From the NCBI GenBank assembly GCA_000432895.1, contig FR889406.1:51091-89419 (forward strand): a stretch of DNA of 38,329 nt. The letters are read 5' to 3'. The notes below the pieces were generated by a model. The model was not told the DNA's origin and did not search any database. It saw nothing but the letters and a program-made list of their open reading frames with translations. This stretch comes from Firmicutes bacterium CAG:449 (GTDB lineage: Bacteria; Bacillota_I; Bacilli_A; RFN20; CAG-449). Each line of letters starts with the position of its first letter. Within the stretch, counting starts at the first letter, position 1. The translations under genes and the position numbers were made by a program. Positions 1-5,465 of this stretch are shown one piece after another.

Positions 1-1026
1 TCGATGATTCATATTTTCTATAATACAATTAATTGCATTTGTTAATTCATTAGCTTCATATAATTCACGTAATTTTCTAAAATGCAAGCCATCTTCAAAG
101 CATTTCAAACTATGTTGAATATTTCCACATATCGCGGTGTCAATATATCTTCTTGTGCTTTCATCATCACGAAAAGATACCTCTTCATCTTTTAATTCAT
201 CATCATCGAAATCAACTTCACCAATACGTAAAGTACCTCCATAACGAATATATTCATCTATTTCATCTATTTTTAAAAGACGAGAATACTCACTAAATGA
301 AATCCAAGTTGTATGAATAAAATAAGTTCTATCATATAATTCATATCTACTTGCAAACCAAATTCCTAATGAGTCAGTTCCAGATATAACAATTTTCATT
401 CCCATGGCAGCATATATATCCGACAAAATAGAAGCAGTATCAATAAAATCTTCCATAAAAGTAATTTCGTCAATAAAAATATATTTATAACCTAATCGTT
501 CTAATTTTTTTAAATCATGATCAAGCATTATCATTGATTGACCTTTTTTTATCTTAATATATACTGCTTTTTTAAAATCATCATCATTCATATCTAAAAT
601 AGCTTGAAATAACATTGTTGTTTTACCAGTTCTACGAAGTCCATATACCGAGCAAATTCTAGGAGTTACCACTCCATACAAATAATCATTAAGAATTTTA
701 TAACAATCCCTTTTATCCAGATCTTTAACATAATGTATAAGTGTTTTTAAAGATTCACCACATATAACATTAGTTTCAAACAAAATATTATTTTTAGAAA
801 TTTGTTTATTTTGCAGTGTTTTTAATTGTTTTTGTAATACTTTTCGCTTTTCAATTTCTAATTTCACTTTTTCATAATCTTCATCAGGAATATATTGGCT
901 TTTTATTTTACCATTATCTGTCCATTGTAAATAATGACGTACTTTACCACCTATAGTTTTGTTAGAAATATAACCTTTTGGTAAAGATTCTATTTTTTCT
1001 TGAAGAGTTTCAATGTCATTTTTCAT
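1..1026 (-). CDS. P-loop AAA+ ATPase (AAA_14/DUF4143-like architecture); C-terminal end lies beyond the window edge
   Basis: Missing from the ORF track only because it has no stop inside the window. My translation of the minus strand from ATG 1026..1024 stays open to base 1 (342 codons): MKNDIETLQEKIESLPKGYISNKTIGGKVRHYLQW... It has a Walker A motif (GLRRTGKTTM) and a Walker B-like motif (YKYIFIDEITFME). SD GAGGGA at 1039..1034. Confidence 0.7.
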   Translation of the reverse strand, partial: MKNDIETLQEKIESLPKGYISNKTIGGKVRHYLQWTDNGKIKSQYIPDEDYEKVKLEIEKRKVLQKQLKTLQNKQISKNNILFETNVICGESLKTLIHYVKDLDKRDCYKILNDYLYGVVTPRICSVYGLRRTGKTTMLFQAILDMNDDDFKKAVYIKIKKGQSMIMLDHDLKKLERLGYKYIFIDEITFMEDFIDTASILSDIYAAMGMKIVISGTDSLGIWFASRYELYDRTYFIHTTWISFSEYSRLLKIDEIDEYIRYGGTLRIGEVDFDDDELKDEEVSFRDDESTRRYIDTAICGNIQHSLKCFEDGLHFRKLRELYEANELTNAINCIIENMNHR

Positions 1027-1050
1027 AGTAAAGTCCCTCACATTTTATAT

Positions 1051-1100
1051 AACCTATTTTAACCTAATTTAACCTATTTATCAATATTAGATTATAGGTT
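1051..1100. repeat. Three tandem 10-bp units AACCTAWTTW (starting at 1051, 1061, 1071) plus one inverted copy TAGGTT (1095..1100)
   Basis: Read directly: aacctatttt aacctaattt aacctattta ... attataggtt. Confidence 0.85.
1056..1084 (-). promoter_or_regulatory. Sigma-A-type promoter of the AAA+ ATPase gene: -35 TTGATA (1084..1079), 17-nt spacer, -10 TAAAAT (1061..1056)
   Basis: The hexamers and spacing were read on the minus strand, about 30 nt upstream of ATG 1026. The AACCTA repeats fill the spacer and flank the -10. Confidence 0.5.
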
Positions 1101-1256
1101 ATAATTAATAAAACTTACACAACTTATTATTTATTTAGTTTTTTTATATTTTATTTAACTAGAAATTAGTTATTTATATATTAAAAAAAGTAAATAAATT
1201 CGATGTACGGTACCTTAAATTATATTTACTTTATTTTTAGCTAATCATATATTGGC

Positions 1257-1286
1257 AAAATAAAAAGGCTAGCGATCTAGCCCTTT
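1257..1286 (-). terminator. Rho-independent terminator closing the signalling operon
   Basis: The stem is GGCTAG (1267..1272) / CTAGCC (1277..1282) with loop CGAT. On the minus strand it is followed by TTTTTATTTT. It lies 160 nt downstream of the kinase stop codon (1446..1444). Confidence 0.6.
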
Positions 1287-1443
1287 ACATTATAAAGTAA
1301 AACTATATGGATAATATCTATTAAAAATAAATCCCCATAAATTCTTAATTTGCTACATATTCCATAATAGTTTTAGCCTTTAAAGACATAAATAATTGTA
1401 TCATATATAATAAATAACTCTAGAAATATGTCTAATTTTGGCA

Positions 1444-1989
1444 CTAATTTGGCACATAACGTCGAAATTTAATTATTATTTTTGTATATTCATTTTCTTT
1501 AGATGATAAGTTAACTTCACCATTATCTAATAAAGAAAATCTCTCTATTAAATTTCTTAAACCTATTGAAGTATTCTTAATATTATTAATATCAAAACCT
1601 TGACCATTATCTTCAATAACGATAGTAATAATTTGATTTTCTTCACTAGTGGATAATCTAATATATCCATTTTGTTTTTTATTAACATTACTATATTTAA
1701 TAGAATTTTCAATAATTGGTTCAATTGATAAAGGTGGAATATAAAAATCATTAACTTTTAAATCATAATCAATAACAAATTTATGTTCTTCTTTTTCATT
1801 CATTAATAAGACATAATCATTAATAATATCTAACTCTTTAGAAAACTCGACTGCTTTTTCTTTGAATATTTCGTTCGATTTACGCATTAAATTATTTAAT
1901 TGTAATAAAGCATTATCACCTTTTTGATGATCTTTCATATACAAAACATCAATCATTGTTAAACTATTAAACAAAAAATGTGGTCGCAT
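1444..1989 (-). CDS. LytS/YehU-type histidine kinase catalytic core (His_kinase H-box plus HATPase_c); probably the 3' part of a frameshifted gene
   Basis: The H-box MRPHFLFNSL sits at the very N-terminus of the ORF. The N-box is IEPIIENSIKYS, G1 is IEDNGQGF and G2 is SIGLRNL. The same frame is open upstream to 2070 (KLNIKQNETIKYNQEILRLKEETLKTQ) without any ATG, GTG or TTG. Confidence 0.85.
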   Translation of the reverse strand: MRPHFLFNSLTMIDVLYMKDHQKGDNALLQLNNLMRKSNEIFKEKAVEFSKELDIINDYVLLMNEKEEHKFVIDYDLKVNDFYIPPLSIEPIIENSIKYSNVNKKQNGYIRLSTSEENQIITIVIEDNGQGFDINNIKNTSIGLRNLIERFSLLDNGEVNLSSKENEYTKIIIKFRRYVPN

Positions 1990-2063
1990 TTGAGTTTTTA
2001 AAGTTTCTTCTTTTAAACGTAAAATTTCTTGATTATATTTAATGGTTTCATTTTGTTTAATAT

Positions 2064-2660
2064 TTAATTTTTATATTCTAAATAAACCACCTTATAAGCA
2101 TTTAAAAATAATAACGCTTCATAAAGAAAATGATAGCCAAATAAACTATACTTACAATCAATAATAGTAAATAAACAATTTAAAAGGTTTAAAAAAGAAA
2201 AAGAAGTAAATTCTTTATTAATAACTAAAATAATAAAATATCCAATAAAATAAATAATTGAAGCAATAAAAGAAGGAATAAAAATATTGATACCACTGAT
2301 GGTTAATAATCCTAAATAGCATAATATATCTTTTTTATGATAATCTTTCTTATTTAAAAATAAAAAGATTGTATAAAATAAATACATGTACTTATTTAAG
2401 AAATCAAAATTAAAATAAATAATTACATTGCTGCCTTCTTTAACACAACTTAAAAATAAAATATTAAAAATTAAAACTAAAACAAATTTAAAATTATTAA
2501 GTTTTAAAACAATATTAACTATGATTAAACCAATAGATGAAAAAAAACAAAATGCAAAAAAGAAAGATCTTGCATTTATAATATAATCAATTGCTCCATT
2601 AACAAAAGATAAACTAAAAAAAGTTAAATAACATATTAAATAAAATATTTTTTTATTCAT
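2064..2660 (-). CDS. Polytopic membrane protein (about 6 TM helices); probably the N-terminal sensor domain of the LytS-type kinase encoded at 1444..2070
   Basis: The 198-aa product is almost entirely hydrophobic helices. Its start overlaps the regulator stop (ATGAATAA). It ends at a TAA immediately after an A5 run (2068..2072), where the kinase frame opens. Confidence 0.7.
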   Translation of the reverse strand: MNKKIFYLICYLTFFSLSFVNGAIDYIINARSFFFAFCFFSSIGLIIVNIVLKLNNFKFVLVLIFNILFLSCVKEGSNVIIYFNFDFLNKYMYLFYTIFLFLNKKDYHKKDILCYLGLLTISGINIFIPSFIASIIYFIGYFIILVINKEFTSFSFLNLLNCLFTIIDCKYSLFGYHFLYEALLFLNAYKVVYLEYKN

Positions 2661-3459
2661 CCACTAAAGCTCTTTTTTTATCTAAAATTTTTTTAAAAAA
2701 TTTATTCCAAGAATACTCTTCTAAAAAATAACCATTATATAAATCATTTTCATTATTTAAATAATCATAATAATCACATTTAATTTTCGTAAAATTAGTA
2801 TTCATTTTAGTAACACCTCTTTGAAAAATTACTAGATGACCAATCCCTTTTTCATTAAGTTTTTGTCTTAATTTATAAATTGAATCACGATATAATCTTT
2901 TTGCTAAATCAAGCTCTCTTTCTGGCCAAAGAATAGAAATAGCTTTTTCCATAGTTAATTTCTTTCCTTTTAAAACCATAATAAGTGCAAGTAGTTCTTC
3001 ACTTTTCTTTGATAAAAAAGTAATCGCTTGACCATCTACTAAGCAATTAAAATCACCAAACATAGAAAATTCAACAATATGTTTATCTATTTCTAAAGCT
3101 AAAAAAGTATTTCTAATAGCCTCATAACTAAAAGGCTTATAAACAAAATCAATTATGTTATCTTTAAATCTTTCTTTGATTTCTTTTTCATCAAAATAAA
3201 AAGCAGTAATAAAAACAATTTTTAAATCTTTATTTTGTTCAATTAATCTAGCCGCTAAATCAAGACCATTAATTTTTGGCATTCTAATATCTAAATATGC
3301 ACAATCTACTGGATAATCTTTTACATACTCAATTGCATCAAGAGGATTATCATTAAAAAATTTATATCTAACATTACTCTCTTCAATAATTTGTGATAAA
3401 AAATGAACTAAAGCTTCCATTTCATCGTCGACAATAATTATCATTAAATCACTATTCAT
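2653..3459 (-). CDS. Response regulator: receiver domain plus winged-helix/SARP-like (COG3947-type) output domain
   Basis: Receiver signatures are IIIVDDE, YLDIRMP (phospho-acceptor Asp) and YKPF. The C-terminal half (LSKKSEELLALIMVLKGKKLTMEKAISILWPE...YRDSIYKLRQKL) fits the OmpR/SARP winged-helix pattern and is followed by a short BTAD-like tail. Confidence 0.85.
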   Translation of the reverse strand: MNSDLMIIIVDDEMEALVHFLSQIIEESNVRYKFFNDNPLDAIEYVKDYPVDCAYLDIRMPKINGLDLAARLIEQNKDLKIVFITAFYFDEKEIKERFKDNIIDFVYKPFSYEAIRNTFLALEIDKHIVEFSMFGDFNCLVDGQAITFLSKKSEELLALIMVLKGKKLTMEKAISILWPERELDLAKRLYRDSIYKLRQKLNEKGIGHLVIFQRGVTKMNTNFTKIKCDYYDYLNNENDLYNGYFLEEYSWNKFFKKILDKKRALVDE

Positions 3460-3465
3460 TAAATA

Positions 3466-5259
3466 CTACTCTCTTTCTAAAAGATAAAACGTTCTATCTT
3501 TTTCTTCAACAATTTTAAATTCCCAATTTAATAGTTTCATTCTCTGACATAAACTATCAATCATTTCAGATTTCTTAATTCTTTTTTTATTCATCGTAAT
3601 GACAAGCTTACCTTCATTAGCTGAAATAAAAACATCCCCATCGTCATTAAGAAAAATCTCATCAATAACTTCATTCATAAAAATTGAAGGAATTTCAAAA
3701 TTTGTTCTATCTACATCAAATATAATATTAATATTTTTATTAAAAAGCAAATTATTAAAATTAACTTTATTCAATAAAATCTTACTTTCTTCATCAAATA
3801 AAGAAAAATAATTATTTAAAGATTTAATTTCATTACGTAATGATGTAGTAAACATATAAGTTGCATTCATACCATCAATATCACTTATTTTATATTGATT
3901 CTTAATTAAATTTAATCCATTATTAATCTCTTTCGTGGATAAAGAATGAATTAACGATTTAGAAAACAAATAGTTAAATTGTTTCTTCAATTCATTATTT
4001 TTAATTGTCTTTCTTCTAATAAAATTAATATTAATCAGATAAACACTCATAAAGATAATCATGGATATTAAAACCAAGCTTTCATAAAAATTTGTCAAAT
4101 CAAAAATCAAAATACCAGTCGAACTAATCATTGAAAAATTCATTAATCCATATAAAGAAGAAACCGCAATTAAGTGAAGAAAATTAATTTTCGACATATC
4201 TTTATAAAATGTTTTTAACATTAAATAAAGAATATCTAGCATTATCAATGTTAAAAATCCATAAGAAATAAACGCATAATAAGTATTATAAGTAAAATGC
4301 AAACTACCTAAAAATAAAGCGCTTAAGATAGTAAAAATGATAATATGTTTTTTATCTTTTTTAATAATATTCTCTTTATCTAAATAAAAATAACAAACAA
4401 TAATACCAACAAAAACGCTAAATGCATTTAAATGTAAATCTAATACACTATCACGATACTTAAAGCCTAATTCTTTTAAATAAAAAGGTGTATCAACACT
4501 AGTAATATAAATTAAAAAGAATGCTAAAACCATATATATTAAATGATGATTCTTTTTGGGCAAAGCTAAAGTAAAAAATGAAAATATTAATATTATTATC
4601 ATTCCCGCTGAAAACATCAAATTAAATTGTTCTAAAAAGATTTCATAAGGATATGGTAAATTCGACGTTAAAGTAAATCCAGGCATCGTTCTAATACCAC
4701 CTATACCACAATTACCAACTTCAATAATAACCTCAATTTCACCACTTTCAGGAACAATATATGGATATGTTTTTCCTTCAAGAGGAACCAATGCACTTTG
4801 TTTTTCTTTACTAGGAGCACCTATTTCATAAGCTAATGTACCATTAAAGAAAATTTTTGATGGCATTCTCATAAAAGAAGAACTAAGTGAAATTCCAGGT
4901 GTTAAATTATAAGTATGAATACGATATGAAGCATAACCATCTCGTGGTAAGATTTTACCATCATATTCTAGACCAGTCCAAAAACTAGGTAAAGTAATAT
5001 AATGAGGCTTTAAATCTTGTTCATTATCAGTTTGAATCCAATGATTATAATAAAATTCAACTTTTCCATGTTGGCCTACATAAATATGCTCATTTTCAAA
5101 TTGATAACCTGCAAAATCAAAATAACCATGGGTATCATTATCAACCATTCCATAAATCTTTGATTCATTAATAGAAAAACCAACCGCCGCAATGCTACCT
5201 AAACAAGAAATTATAAATATAGCAATAATTGAAAGAACAAATTTAACAATACGTTTCAT
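3466..5259 (-). CDS. 7TMR-DISM-type membrane receptor with a degenerate LytS-type kinase-like cytoplasmic tail
   Basis: The protein has an N-terminal signal/TM segment and an ectodomain with a 7TMR-DISMED2-like signature (LPSFWTGLEYDGKILPRDGYASYRIHTYNL). Seven hydrophobic helices follow. The 180-aa tail is paralogous by eye to the kinase core at 1444..1989 but lacks its catalytic motifs. Confidence 0.75.
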   Translation of the reverse strand: MKRIVKFVLSIIAIFIISCLGSIAAVGFSINESKIYGMVDNDTHGYFDFAGYQFENEHIYVGQHGKVEFYYNHWIQTDNEQDLKPHYITLPSFWTGLEYDGKILPRDGYASYRIHTYNLTPGISLSSSFMRMPSKIFFNGTLAYEIGAPSKEKQSALVPLEGKTYPYIVPESGEIEVIIEVGNCGIGGIRTMPGFTLTSNLPYPYEIFLEQFNLMFSAGMIIILIFSFFTLALPKKNHHLIYMVLAFFLIYITSVDTPFYLKELGFKYRDSVLDLHLNAFSVFVGIIVCYFYLDKENIIKKDKKHIIIFTILSALFLGSLHFTYNTYYAFISYGFLTLIMLDILYLMLKTFYKDMSKINFLHLIAVSSLYGLMNFSMISSTGILIFDLTNFYESLVLISMIIFMSVYLININFIRRKTIKNNELKKQFNYLFSKSLIHSLSTKEINNGLNLIKNQYKISDIDGMNATYMFTTSLRNEIKSLNNYFSLFDEESKILLNKVNFNNLLFNKNINIIFDVDRTNFEIPSIFMNEVIDEIFLNDDGDVFISANEGKLVITMNKKRIKKSEMIDSLCQRMKLLNWEFKIVEEKDRTFYLLERE

Positions 5260-5324
5260 AAATTAATATAACATTTAGCAGTTTTATTAAAGTAAAAAAT
5301 AATGTTAAAAAAAACTACTTTCAA
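5256..5324 (-). CDS. Possible 22-codon leader ORF (TTG start) translationally coupled to the receptor gene
   Basis: SD AGGGGA (5338..5333) lies 8 nt before TTG 5324..5322. The peptide is MKVVFFNIIFYFNKTAKCYINL. Its TGA stop (5258..5256) overlaps the receptor ATG (5259..5257) as ATGA. The receptor ATG has no SD of its own. Confidence 0.3.
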   Translation of the reverse strand: MKVVFFNIIFYFNKTAKCYINL

Positions 5325-5350
5325 AATATAAATCCCCTTTTTCACAAAAA

Positions 5351-5380
5351 ATAATACTCTACTTTAATAGAATTTGTCAA
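5351..5380 (-). promoter_or_regulatory. Sigma-A-type promoter of the signalling operon: -35 TTGACA (5380..5375), 18-nt spacer, -10 TATTAT (5356..5351)
   Basis: The hexamers were read on the minus strand, about 90 nt upstream of the receptor start codon. Confidence 0.5.
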
Positions 5381-5439
5381 TATATGAAAATTTATAAATG
5401 AACGTTTATCCATTATTAATGTAAATTTATGTATATAAA

Positions 5440-5461
5440 AACCATAATTTTAATTATGGTT
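5440..5461 (-). terminator. Hairpin terminator after the prepilin-like gene
   Basis: A perfect inverted repeat AACCATAATT / AATTATGGTT lies 4 nt after the stop codon (5468..5466). On the minus strand it is followed by TTTATAT, which is only a short T-run. Confidence 0.45.
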
Positions 5462-5465
5462 ATGA

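Larger units (their letters stand above)
1444..2660 (-). pseudogene. Alternative reading of the two ORFs above as a single frameshifted LytS-type sensor histidine kinase
   Basis: Adding one A to the run at 2068..2072 fuses ...VVYLEYK to KLNIKQNETIKYNQEILRLKEETLKTQMRPHFLFN. The result is a continuous linker helix leading into the H-box. Confidence 0.5.

Noticed and set aside
1187-1232. 10-bp perfect inverted repeat AAAGTAAATA / TATTTACTTT with a 26-nt loop containing a GGTACC palindrome. It lies downstream of the operon terminator.
   Set aside because: The stem is pure A/T apart from one G-C pair and the loop is very large, so the predicted stability is low. A better terminator already lies at 1257..1286. 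I found no supporting context for an sRNA.
1439-1454. Sigma-54-like element TGGCAC-N5-TTGGCA on the + strand. The GG and GC dinucleotides have the canonical 12-nt offset. It forms part of a tandem duplication TAATTT(T)GGCAC at the kinase stop codon.
   Set aside because: It points antisense into the kinase gene, and no + strand gene lies downstream. The -12 element reads TGGCA rather than TTGCA. No enhancer-binding protein is visible. It is most simply a small duplication at the 3' end of the gene.
5388-5430. Two copies of AAATTTAT 35 bp apart upstream of the signalling-operon promoter. A similar AAATTTAAAT occurs upstream of the prepilin-like gene and was considered as a shared response-regulator site.
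   Set aside because: The 8-mers are pure A/T, and many such matches are expected by chance at this composition. Neither spacing nor orientation is conserved between the two promoters.
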